From Choristocarpus tenellus KU-1152 (lineage: Eukaryota; Protista; Phaeophyceae), in the NCBI GenBank assembly GCA_964200185.2, contig CAXNAD020000040.1, positions 1-37,254 of the forward strand: 37,254 bases of DNA, read 5' to 3'. Below the pieces are notes generated by a model. That model did no database searches. It worked only from the letters and a program-made list of their open reading frames with translations, and was not told where the DNA came from. The position numbers were made by a program, and so were the translations under genes. This document shows positions 25,501 to 37,254 of the stretch, one piece after another. Within the stretch, counting starts at the first letter, position 1; each line of letters opens with the position of its first letter.

Positions 25501-28500
25501 ATGTAGGCTGAAGTTGACGGTCAATAATAAGAGTGGAATCCTGGGTGCTCTTCAGACCAGCAAAGCTCCAGCACCAACACCATTCTACAAGATCATTCTA
25601 CAAGATCATTCTACAAGATTGTTCTACAAGATCATTCTGCAATGTATGATTATCACAATTTCTATCCACAAAGCCCCCAGCATCCAGCATACTATCAATC
25701 CAAGACCAAGTACAGATCAAGAACATCCCCTCACTCTAACACCAGCTGTAAATATGGAAAAAAAACTAGAAAAGATTGCAAAACATTGCCAACATATCGA
25801 GTTAGTGGAACTCCAGCAAAAGCTGTCTATTCTGATCACAGAGGAACTACTGACCTTAGCATGGTGCTCAAATATTCCTTTGGGTATCTCAGTGAAGCTA
25901 CTGCATGATGTACCTCAAAACAAGAAATTATTGTTGAAACTTTGAGTTGAACAAAGCAGTATTCTGTAGCTCAGATTGATAATCTATAGTGATTCAAAGG
26001 AGGTGCTGTGTCTAGAGGCTTGAAGTCCTGTAAAAGCAGAGGGCTGACCCTGTGCACTGAAGCACCAATTAGTTCCAAAGTGAGCCAAGCTATGTGGACT
26101 GCGGAGAGACTCGATTGATTAAATGCAATAAAACACTAATCAGTCCTGATGTGATGAATCAGGTGACATGCTCTGATTAGAGGCTCATTACCTTGTGGTG
26201 AAAGGTTTTGGGTGGATTAACCCTGAATATATATCATTCAGGTGTGTATTGAGGCAAATAAAGTCAGAACATGTCATCTGGTTCATCGCATCAGGACAGA
26301 TTGATGCTTCATTACATTTATTCAATCAAGTCTCTAGGTAGTCCACATCACCTGTCTTGTCACTTTCAAATTAATCAGTGCTCCAGTGCACTGGGTCAAC
26401 CCTCTGCTTTTACAGGGCTTCAACTCTCTGTTTAGAGCACCTCATTTGAATCACTACATTTTTGTCAATCTGTCCACCGAACACTGTTTTATTCAACTCA
26501 AGGTTTCAACAGGTTATGACCCTCAAGCAAGCAATCAGCACGGACTACTGTCACACTAGTTCAGAGCTTTAATTGTTATTGTTTGTCAAACATTAGTTTG
26601 GGATGATCCCGACCTGTGGTCAGAGGCACTACTCACTGCACTACTTCTCATACTATCTACTGACTGACTGTAGCACTATGACTAATTGTAATGCCTCTTT
26701 TTCTGCCTTGCTTCATGTGCAATGGGTTCAGCACCCCCATTGCTTGTTTCTCCATCCCCTCCTTCAAACCTTCTGCTGGACCTGCCCCAAAGTTTTCCCA
26801 TCTTGATCTTGCCCAGAGTTGTTGTGATATAGCAAAGACAGGATAGTGCAGGGGATACAAGTTCCTCAAACCCTCTAAATCCATGCAGGCTACTATCACC
26901 TCAGCGTTAAATATCAATATGAGAACAGGGACATCCCTTGCGCATTAGTTGAGTGCAGTCACAGTCAAGTTTCAGATCCAATAAGAAAAACAATGCTCTT
27001 GGGTCCTCTGATCCCTCTCAAATTCAAATATTTCTGGAACACCTCATGCATATTCCCTGCCTGACCCACATCTAATATGTCCTTTTCCAATCTTATGCAC
27101 TAGTATAGCTGCTTCATTCACCGACAATTCACCTGGATGTAAAACCTCTTCTTGGAACAGCCCTCTTCTGCGAAAATTACCTTCCAGTCCAGCTCTGGCC
27201 ATTGGCAGGGGGCCTCCTTCAAGAGTACAAGCATGTTTCCAGAATCCATTGCTTACTCCCATCTGGGCTTCTACCACATCTTCAACAACATATTTGACAC
27301 CCACAATCCTAATGCCATTGCTGGTGATCAAGAATTTCATAATAAGAATTTCATAATAAGAATTTCATAATCCATACGCCTGAGGAAGTTTTCACCCATT
27401 GCCTCAAGTACTAAAACTCTGTCACTCTCCTATCTGTCATCACAGAGGGTCAGGTATCTGATGATATCCCCTCAAGGAACAAAACTCGTGTTCAACACCA
27501 TTTTCATGTCCTTCAACTGAAGCATGTACCTACTTGTATAGAAAAGATTCAAATTCCACTGTTAGAAGGGTGAAGCTTAATAGTGAGCATACGGATAGTG
27601 CCTCACGCAGAAATGACTGCAAATCATGTTGAAAATCCTTGCTGTCAAATAAAATAGCAACTCTCTCACATTGATGTGGTGCACTTATGACATCAGAGTC
27701 AGAATCACCCACAAGCAAACCACAACGCTGCCCAGTAAAATAAAACAAGAGCTGCATATCCAGATCCAGGATTTTTCCTGGTAGACTCTCATGCAACAAT
27801 GTAGGTATTGTAAGTGTCACATTAAATCACCATGGGGCCGTGAGGCAATCAAGAGTCAGATTTGAGGGGCATGTCACCTTATTGTAGGTCTCTTAATCTC
27901 TATGAACCACAGCAAATGGCAAGGTGTCACTGGTGCACACCAGCAAATAACTCTCTTACCTCCACGATAGCGCATCACTTCTACACAAGCATAGCAGACA
28001 AGCCAGTAATTCCAGACCAATTCTACAGGAAGATCATAGTGGTGAACGTAGGCACTGCGTTCAGCAGCACCCGGGAGGCAGAAACAGCAGGGGTGTAATC
28101 CTGAGCTAACCTGGGGGGATTGTGCTGGAGGAAAAACGAAGGTTCGCCATTAAAGAGGCACTAAGACCAGGAGGAAAGGGGCAGGGTGGGGACTGTGTGT
28201 AGATAGGAGGGATGGGCTGTGTGGCAGGGGGGGATTATTATGGCTGTCTGTGCAGATCTAAATAATCTAGCTAAACAGACGTATGTAACTGTAAGGTCTG
28301 TGTGCAACCTTGACCTTGGTCATGCCTAAAGGGGAATTCAAACCTAATGAGAGGATCACAAGTCACGATCCTTCCAGACACCACAAAATTGAACATATCA
28401 CCTTCTGGGGCAGCTATTATCTCAGTAGTGTTTTGCAAAATGGTTGAACTGCAGGTAGAAGGGAGGGGGGTAGGGTCTGATGATGTAACACATACCTAGG

Positions 28501-31500
28501 TCTTGGATAAAATAAGACTCAATAATATATTGTGCCTGTAATACTATGGATCAGAACATTTACAATGATCTGATATGCTAGCAACACTCTGGTCCAAAAC
28601 ATGCATAATACATGCTGCAATTTCATGTAACATACGATATATTAGAATAGAAAATGTTACATAATAAAATTGTGTCATGAGACAACGTAGTGTTACAGCT
28701 TAGCTGTCTCCAAATTGATGAGATTGAGCCCAAATATGTTGTGCCATAACTTAACATTACAAGTTTTCAACGCTACTACTGTTGCTAGTGTTGCTACACA
28801 TGTTGTCAGTGTATTATGCTGATGGTGTACGGTGTTCAATGTTATCTTGTAATGAGCAAAGCAATTTGATACCCTGCTTGGGGCATCTGTGACTGCTTGC
28901 TGCACATGTACACACATCAAGTGAGGGTTGATCTGACTGTCCTTGAGGAAAGGAAGCAAAAGAGAAATGGAAGAGGAAGATGATTGACTATCATTGCTGC
29001 TACTATACTGCATAGCTCACTCACTGTTCACTATTGGTACCATATCAAAAGCAACAACAATAGCTATGTTGGAGCAGGAGATATAATTATCGCATGACAC
29101 CTGGTCCGTAGGTGAGGTGAATGTATTTTTGCACCATTACCACAATGAAACAACTCCCTCCCCTCCGTTGAGGTTCCTCCTTGATCCACCGATTGAAGCA
29201 GACCAACACCAACTTCACCCTTAATTTTGTATGTTGCCCTTACCAACAAGCACTTACTTTGTCAGAGTCATACTCTAGTCTATCAAAGTACTCAGTGTTG
29301 ATGTGCAGTACCTGCATGGGCAATAACTTCTGTGGATCTTTGAGGTGACCGAGCATTATCGCATATTGGCCTCCTCCCTTGAGAGAGCTGAAACTTTTGA
29401 ATGGAATTGTAGTTCCCCCAGCATTAGAGCTTCATTTTGGTGTTGACTGCATCTGTTAAGGTCCTCCTGTGAGAGATCACTTGCCAGTCACGTGCATGCA
29501 AATCACAATCTAGCACACACAGCTGCAGCAGATGAATGGCACCCAAGTACACCATGCTCAATGAGGACAGAGGGACTCACTCTCTTCTGTCCGTGGCCTC
29601 TCCAATAGGTCAAAGCACCCATACCAGATTTGGCTCCCATAATGTAGGTATATGGTACTCTGGAGTAAAAAGTAATATATTGGAGTCCCATACCACTTAA
29701 AAATCACACTGCAGGTGGAAAGGATCAAAGCGATCGTACTGGGTCAACGCCCAACTTTGTGAAAACAAGTTCATGAATCTGAAGTCTTCAATGCACCACT
29801 ATGTAAGTTTAACCTGGAAGCAGTCAAGAGGGTGGCATGTTCAATCACCAAATCAATTGTTTGGGAAGCATTTAGGGGGGTTGCACACCCACTCCATCAC
29901 ATTTGCTTCTAACCCACAGAGTTGTCACTGCAGATGGCATACAGTACGTACAGTACTTCCCCCTCAGATGATATGTGGCAGGAGAAATTTTGCTCTTCGA
30001 AATCTTAAGGAAGAGCCTCTAGGAAAATCTGCCCTCAGGTCATGCATGGTTGCTAAGGAGTAGAACCGGTGTGAACTATCCAAGGTTAGAGTTACATGAT
30101 TTGCTGGCAGTTCCTCCACTCACATGCCTCAGTTGTATATTGGCAAATGAGTAACGTTTTTGTCCAATACAACCAACACCTTTGACTTCCTAAATCCATC
30201 TGGAGGCATACAGAAGTGATCACCATCCTGATGACCTCAGGTACTACCAATCAATGAGGACTTTCTGCTACTAGTAGTGACCACCTTGAGGAACTGCTAG
30301 TCAGAACCACTGGGATGATGGAGGTAAAGATGGTACATGTGGAGAAAGCAATAACTGATGTCTTACAATTTCCACTACATCAACATTTATGAAAAAGAGA
30401 ACTATCGATTCCTTCTGTTGACATCTTGAATCTCAAATAGATACATACCCCCTCAACCATGCAAGTGCACTCGCTGTTACTTACGCATAATGTTGTAACA
30501 TCACATCTTCTGCTTTGACATAGCATTTGTTATCAATGTTTAGGTGAGATGAAAGGGTAGTGTGTGATCGGCACCCTGTGTATGATGCAATGCGCATTGA
30601 CCATCAAAAGGGAAATCCAAGTTATGATCGTAACACTGAAAGACAAACAAGAACATGTACTCCATACAACACTATGGATTGCCCTTACTCTCCACAATGT
30701 TTTGCTTGTAAACTCCAGTCCAAATGTGGGTAACACTGCATTATCCCCAAAGCACTCTGGACCAAATCATATATAGCATATGCTATGTGCACAACATGTA
30801 GCAAAATGTTAACACAAAGTGTTGACATAGTGTTGTAAACGTATTACGTTGTCCCACGTGTGCAAATATCCACTGTTTCACCTCTAGAGATAAATACTAC
30901 ATACTTCCTTCAGGTTCTTCAAGTTAAAGACCCTACAATATTTCACCTTCTACTCCCTGGTGACCATGACTCACTCGGGCTTGAGACAGGAATGACCGCA
31001 TTAAGCAAAACCGAGGCTAAATTGTTGGTAACCTGCCATGCCATGACCAATCTTTAGAGATATGAACTGAGAGAATTTGCAAATTTTGACTGTAATGGGT
31101 TAAGCTGTTTGTTGGAGGTCACTTACAATTAAGCATCTGGGTCATAGCACACAGATGACAAGCAGTGTGGCTGTGAGAAAATTTCCCCCCCAGCAGGTGA
31201 GGGTCCCTGCTGGAGGTGAAGGAAGACCTTTGCGGATAGCACCATTTATGTGTATGTCTGTGTCATGTTGAGCAATAATAAAAGGAACTTTTAGGGTGGT
31301 GTGGACACTGATGACTTGCATGAAAACCTAATAAGCAGCCTTGAAATATTCCATTGTCAGTTAAACTGTGATTAATTTGATGCGACTGATTATATATTAT
31401 GTCAGCACAACTCTAGCTTAATTGTTTTTTTGATGAGGAACTGGTGAACCCATTCCCTCTAGAGGATTGGCCTCTCAGAGGCGGTAGATGTACTCCCCAT

Positions 31501-34500
31501 ATTTCCCTCTTTATAGAGATGCTCTCGAATGACCTGGGTATCCAATTTGGATTATTCTTTGCCTGGAAGGGTTCCATGGGGCCTTCTTGATTTGCACCTT
31601 TGCATTTCCAGTCCAAGATTATGCCAGACGCAGGTATCATCTCCATCTCCAGGTAGGGTTGGACACTCCCGTAAGATTTTTTTTTTCTTACAGTGCCAAC
31701 ACATACCTTCCTATCGACAAGGTAGACCTTTTTTTCTTCTTGGTGATGTCTCTGGGCAGGTCCACTACAGCTTGTAGTACCAACTGCGAGCCAGTCAATA
31801 AATCCCCCTCACCAAGGCCTTCCTCGTCAACATTCAATCCATCTTTGATGTCGCCTGAGATCATACTAGGAGTAGTACCTTTGTTAACCATTGTTTTGCC
31901 AGTTCTTCACCTGGAATGTGTACTCCTCCAGTTCTGGCGTGTCGAATGTTAAGATAAGGCTTATTTAACTAGGGCAGATAGTTGAATCACTGGGCAATGT
32001 CCTACTTTTGTGTTTGCCATTGAACTAACTCATATCCTGAACACTCCCCCAACATCCTACATTTATTTTCCCACAATAGGGACTTGGGAAAGCAGTCCAG
32101 CCAAGGTTCAAACCAATAACCCTCAGTCTCTCATTTTGTCCAATATTGAGCTACCACTGTTCCCAGTAGGGTGCACCAGTATATTATTTTTTGAAACGGC
32201 AAGTCCTTGACTGCACACTGACCCTTGGCCCCAATTTGACACCTGACGCTCTCCATCCTGTAATCAGACCTCGAAAAGTCAATTGAATAGTAGACACTTT
32301 AAACCATAGTTGGTCTACTGCTGCATATACTCTATCCTTAGTAGGCTTGTAGCATAAACTTGAGTGTTTTTTATGAGAAATGGAGCTTGGGTGCTCCCCA
32401 GTTTATCCAAGCTCCAGAAATTCAAAGAAATACCGTACAATTGACATGCTGTGTACTCCAGATCAGCAAATATGGAACCTCAATCTATGTCTTAAATCCC
32501 TCCCCACTCTTGCAGGAGGCAATCACTATTCATAATCTCGAGGCTAGTTTCTATGGTCGTGTGGCAGGTCATGATGTCTGACAGATCAAACGTTAACAGT
32601 GGGCAACGTCCATTAACACATATTAACAGAGGAGTGTTTTCAAGGCACACTCTTGATGTTACAAAATGTTCCAAACATTTATTTTCACCTCTTGGTTGTT
32701 TCTCTGTGACATTTCAGCTAGTATTGCCGCCCAATACCTCAATACCTCAATACCTGTCAGGCATGCTTGTTTTGCGTGGAAGGTGTGCGAAAGCTGGTGA
32801 GTAACTCTCATCACATGCACAGCCAGGAGCAAGGACATAGATCTTTCACAGAGGATGGTTCTTTCCAAGAATCAGGACCACATTTATGGCAGCTTCAAAA
32901 CTCTGCATTGGTTGAACAGCAGGTGATAACTTTACTGTATATGTTGATTATCAATAAGAGTAAATGCCCGAGCCATTTGCCACGTCACCAATTCCTTGAA
33001 TGCTGAGGGAGACATCTTGTTACCTGCCTTTTACACATTGAATTGTTATTGGGAGAGTGAAGAGTCACATGCCTCATATCACACAACACACTCTTGCAAA
33101 TTGAGGGTTGTTGAGGTTGTATGCAACTGTGCCATTGAACTTTTCAAATGTTTCGTTATGTAGGATATTATCTTTTATTGAAAAAAGATTTAGGCATGTT
33201 TTACCACATCTATTCATCAGCCTCGTTGGTTTGAAAAGAGTTAAGATAAAAATCTGATCTAGAAATGGGATTGGCTCTCTACACAAATGATAAAGAGTTG
33301 ACACTAACCATCTATATGAGGATTGAGCCATTTATACTTCTTATGTAAAAATGCAACATCATCTGTATTATGTTCATCACACTTATACTATATGGAATGT
33401 ACTTGGGTACATTTCAAAGTGATTCAGAGTTGGAGTGCTTCCTGTCATTTGCACATCTCTAGAATCAAGATTATACATACCACAAACACCCTGGTGCTCA
33501 AAGTACTACTACAGGCAAGACTTGAGAAGATATCATATATAGCTTGGTAGGTTGAGGCAGTCATCACTCATCCAGGCGTATAGTTCAACCACAAACATCA
33601 CTGCTAAAGCATGCTTGATTGAAGCTTTGAGCTCCAGAATATGTAACAATTACAAGCAAGGAAGATTTTTAGTACATTGTGCAATATGTTCTGTTTGATA
33701 CAATAACAGCAGCTTGTTATTGGTATCACTGGTCACTGAAACAGGTGGCCAAGGCAAGGATCAAGTCTGTAAACTGCAATGAGAAGAGTCCTTCAGCTGG
33801 AAGGTGAAAATATGCTACTCAAAACTGTACAGTTATTGTGCTCAAACAAGGATAAGGTTGTGCTAAAAACTAGTCACAGTTTGGATCCAAAGGATAGAGC
33901 AGGGGGATGGATCAACCAAAAAAGTTAATTGGGCATGGGCAGCATATGGCAGTTCTGCTGTTGGGAACTTGAAAAGTGAAGCAAACAAACAAGCAACTTG
34001 TTGTTTGTCAGATCCCTAGCTAAATGTATACTCTGTAGAGCCTACCCCAAACTCTTACCGCCAGACGATCAAGAAGAACTGGGCTGGACTGCATATACAA
34101 AATGTTATACTTGAGTACTTGACTTCTTATCATCCTCCACGGTAGACCTAACCGGGACATTCATCATACTCGTAACAGCCTGAGAGAGCACAGCATTTTC
34201 CCTTTGATAATGGGGGAAGGTGGGGTGGAATGGTCGAATTATCTTGGGGTCTTTGGCTCAATCTACATCCTTAATATGGTAAGGATTCCGTGTTTGTTGC
34301 AGCCTAGACATGCCTCTTTGTTGTCTTGGTTTGAGAGGCATTCTACTCTGTCACTGCTACAATGCTTTCAAGTATGTACATCAGTACACTCTCCACACTC
34401 TCTATGAACACCCAACAGAATATGTCCCTACAACCAACTGATTCCATTCATTTCTTTGTTGCAGCCTAGACATGCCTCTTTGTTGTCTTGGTTTGAGAGG

Positions 34501-36709
34501 CATTCTACTCTGTCACTGCTACAATGCTTTCAAGTATGTACATCAGTACACTCTCCACACTCTCTATGAACAACACCCAACAGAATATGTCCCTACAACC
34601 AACTGATTCCATTCATTTCTCTCCTTTTGAGACACCACTTTGAGTTTATGCCAGTCTCTGCAGGGATGAATTCACATGCTGATACTGCCAAACCAGTACC
34701 GTATTGTTGTAACTTGGGGGTAGGCTCCAGCACTCACAGAGTTGAGTATGTTTACTGCTATTCTTGATCATGCAGTGAATTCAGCATCCTGACAATGCTT
34801 TGTCAAATCAGGGCTAGGAGTGATAATGATCCATGGGGAATAACACAAGGACTGCTGCATACATCTGGGGTGTACTGCCGTACAGCAATTGGGTTGGATG
34901 GCGAGGGTAACTACAATGTCCCTGCTCTGATTGTGGGAATGCCAAAGGTGACACAAATATGTACACACACACACACACACACATGGATACATGCGTACAT
35001 ACATACATGCGTACATACATACATACATACATACATACATACATACATACATACATACATACATACATACATACATACATAATACATACATACATACATA
35101 CATACACACATACATACATAATACATACATACATACATACATACATACATACATACATACATACATACATACATACATACACACACATACATAATACATA
35201 CATACATACATACACACACATACATAATACATACATACAATCAAAAGCTTTGTTGCCATTACCACATGAAACTCAAGTTATAAGTCCTCTTGAGCATTAG
35301 CTCAGAGGCTTGATGTGTTGTTCAAAATTAGAGGAAGACAACTAGACACAGCAAGAAGAGGCCATTCCCCTAGTACTTTGGAATTGCCAAGAATATGAGA
35401 CACGCAAGAAAGATGTTAACATGGTCCTCACAACATGTGTCACAATCTGTAGTAGTGACAAGTCATAGTAATGAAGGTCCACAGTCAGGATAGATGATCG
35501 TTGTGTTTTTTTCATTTCTCATCTATCCCTACGGGTAAGACTCCACCCCTTCAAATGTTGCATGGAGTCATCCATTAACTCCATGATTGCCTGTTTGCTG
35601 CAAATCCGATGTTGCAATTGTCACATTTTGAGATCCTGTACTACTCGTCAAATACATAATAGAGGCAGAATACCCTAACTCTTGTCAGGTGGGAACTTCT
35701 TTCCGAGTTTGTGAAAAGCTCTGGCGAGTGTTCCTTGCTCATCGACAGCTTGCGGCTAGTAGGTACGTGTCACCATGAAGGACTCTTCACTTTATGTTTT
35801 CAAGAGCCTGCAGTAGTTAGATAGAAATACAAGATCTCTTTTTCTGTGGCTAAGTATAACAATCATTAAGTACATCCAATGATCGCAGAGATGCTAAAGT
35901 TCTTCACCAAATACTTTCTACCAAAAAATATTTTTTGTGCTTTCTCATTGTTCATATCTATTCTAGAGTATTCCCAATAATTAACAGCTTTGCCTAACCT
36001 CCAACTTGCATACAAAGTTACTTAGAGTTTTCTTAAATGAGAATGTTTTGTACCACTTGATTCTTCCGAAATATGTTTAAAGTAATTTTTTGTGTATTGT
36101 TGAATAACTTTGGAGCAGTTGTGAGTATTTTTAGTTTAGAAAAATGGTCCAATCAGAAGAGGTGAAGAGTGTTACTCTTCACCATGCATTCAAGTTTTGT
36201 ATTAGACTCTTTGCTAGTTTATCAAACAGCTAGCCCACATTATCATGTTCACGTGGGAAGTCTGTGCTCTTTTTTTCACCTCTTCCAATGATTCATACCT
36301 CACACACCCTTTCCACCATCTCCACAAATGTCACCATCAGATGTGTCCTGCAATCACTGGGAATGGCTGATCGGGATTATCAGGAAACATTATTCTACTA
36401 TGAGCATGTTCCTGCCAGGTGCATTATGCCAAAAGTCACAACAGTACCTACCTTGTTCTGTACATTCTGTCATATTCATAACATAGTACCAGGAATGCAT
36501 TGTTGTCAATTTGCTTCATTTTCCTCTATCATGATTTTGATCTCGAATATCTAGCGATGATAGAGGTTTGTGTGGTGTTGTGATACTGTGGTGTTGCACC
36601 ATCTGAGAACTAACCACCCTCACCAAAATACACGTGAAAGGACGGCAACAGCTGTGCTTGGAGGCAGGGTCCTGGATGAAGATAGCATCATCTTTCGGTA
36701 CTGGTCAAG
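21890..36709 (+). CDS. Multi-exon gene B, unknown protein with weak IQ-like segments; continues beyond the window
   Basis: Phase-consistent GT-AG exons: 21890-21944, 22110-22314, 23131-23192, 23710-23852, 25015-25092, (28052-28141, 28862-28920 tentative), 29715-29802, 29968-30038, 32516-32567, 32761-32922, 34065-34141, 34812-34947, 35689-35762, 36341-36418, 36641-36709. Starts MNLEVDIVSRLFKEACEV with an in-frame stop just upstream of the ATG. Confidence 0.65.
25581..25642. repeat. 13-bp minisatellite (cattctacaagat)x~4.5
   Basis: Direct reading. Confidence 0.9.
25932..26511. repeat. Long intronic inverted repeat (foldback), ~245-bp arms, ~80-nt spacer
   Basis: Arm 25932-~26178 aligns with the reverse complement of ~26261-26511 at roughly 80% by eye (e.g. 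cctgtaaaagcagaggg / ccctctgcttttacagg). Confidence 0.92.
27331..27371. repeat. 14-bp tandem repeat (agaatttcataata)x3
   Basis: Direct reading. Confidence 0.9.
31400..32270 (-). mobile_element. Possible decayed LINE fragment (APE endonuclease region) in an intron of gene B
   Basis: Broken minus-strand ORFs; FNGKHK near 32020 resembles the APE GDFNAHH motif; only weakly recognisable. Confidence 0.3.
34294..34620. repeat. Near-perfect head-to-tail duplication of 162 bp
   Basis: 34294-34455 = 34456-34620 except for a 3-nt insertion (gaacaccc vs gaacaacaccc). Confidence 0.95.
34963..35238. repeat. Compound (CA)n/(CATA)n microsatellite
   Basis: Direct reading; explains the YIHT/MYVC spurious ORFs. 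Confidence 0.97.
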
Positions 36710-37030
36710 GTGAGACACTCATGCGATCACAAGAGTCAAGTGTTTCTTGTGCTACTAATTGAGACAAAATCGCTCATTCTTTGATCATAATGTGGTACAT
36801 TGTCATGAACCTTAAAAGTACTGGTGGCAAGTAGAATTGAAGGCTGCATGCAGTTTGAGATAGTCAAGAGAATTTGCGTTAAAAACTAAATTTGTGCATG
36901 AGTGCATATGACAACACAGTCAGTTGCTACTAGTTTGGGTATATTGACAGAGGGTGGATGAATAGTGTCCTACCAGGAATCATCTATGCTTATGCTTTGG
37001 AATCCACTTGAGAGGAAGACATGAGTCTAG

Positions 37031-37060
37031 TATCATATATATATATATATATATATGATA
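37031..37060. repeat. (TA)n microsatellite with palindromic flanks
   Basis: tatcatatatat...atatatgata. Confidence 0.9.
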
Positions 37061-37254
37061 CACTAGTATAAAATATGATACACTCATCAGCGTAGGGCGA
37101 GTTAAGATAAAGAGAGAAATGTGGTGATTGTCTGTTTAAGCCTGCAGGTATGTTAGATAATAAACATAATCCCGAGAGTTTTTTTTTTTTTCTGCCTATC
37201 TGCTGGTCTGTTTACCCATCTAATCTTCATGGACTGTATCCCTTTTCTATGTGT

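Noticed and set aside
26640-27340. Minus-strand broken ORFs as a hAT transposase C-terminus
   Set aside because: Only a vague YPLHYPVF resemblance; cannot be supported
25581-27371. Short tandem arrays as CRISPR-like repeats
   Set aside because: No spacers, units of 13-14 bp, eukaryotic intron context
27443-27452. 8-nt micro-exon candidate (cag|AGGGTCAG|gtatct) for gene B
   Set aside because: The phase fits, but longer exons at 28052 and 28862 explain the junction equally well; unsupported without reads
31309-31330. CTGATGA…GAAA hammerhead-like boxes (a CTGATGAG also occurs on the minus strand at ~37084)
   Set aside because: No stem II or three-way junction can be formed
34768-35300. Long ORFs of MYVC/YIHT repeats
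   Set aside because: Translations of the (CATA)n microsatellite; only 34812-34947 looks like a real exon

Overview
Eukaryotic, intron-rich, strongly CpG-depleted genomic DNA. The TE types and gene architecture suggest a stramenopile, possibly a brown alga (inference only). Bases 1-13 kb are a cluster of decayed mobile elements: a Penelope-like retroelement with the permuted GIY-YIG-before-RT layout, a possible BED-finger/hAT fragment, two copies of a Harbinger-type MITE, a full-length but frameshifted DD39D-type mariner with TIRs and TA TSD, an internally deleted Ty1/copia, and the 3' half of an RLE-type (CRE-like) LINE. From ~15 kb on, two multi-exon host genes reconstructed by eye diverge from a CpG-rich ~330-bp bidirectional promoter at ~21.6-21.9 kb. 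One is a Q/P/S-rich minus-strand gene with a probable GC-AG intron; the other is a long plus-strand gene running off the right end. The plus-gene introns hold a ~580-bp foldback, a 162-bp tandem duplication, microsatellites and TE relics. No prokaryotic system, CRISPR array or rRNA/tRNA gene was seen. Exon models are manual and unvalidated.
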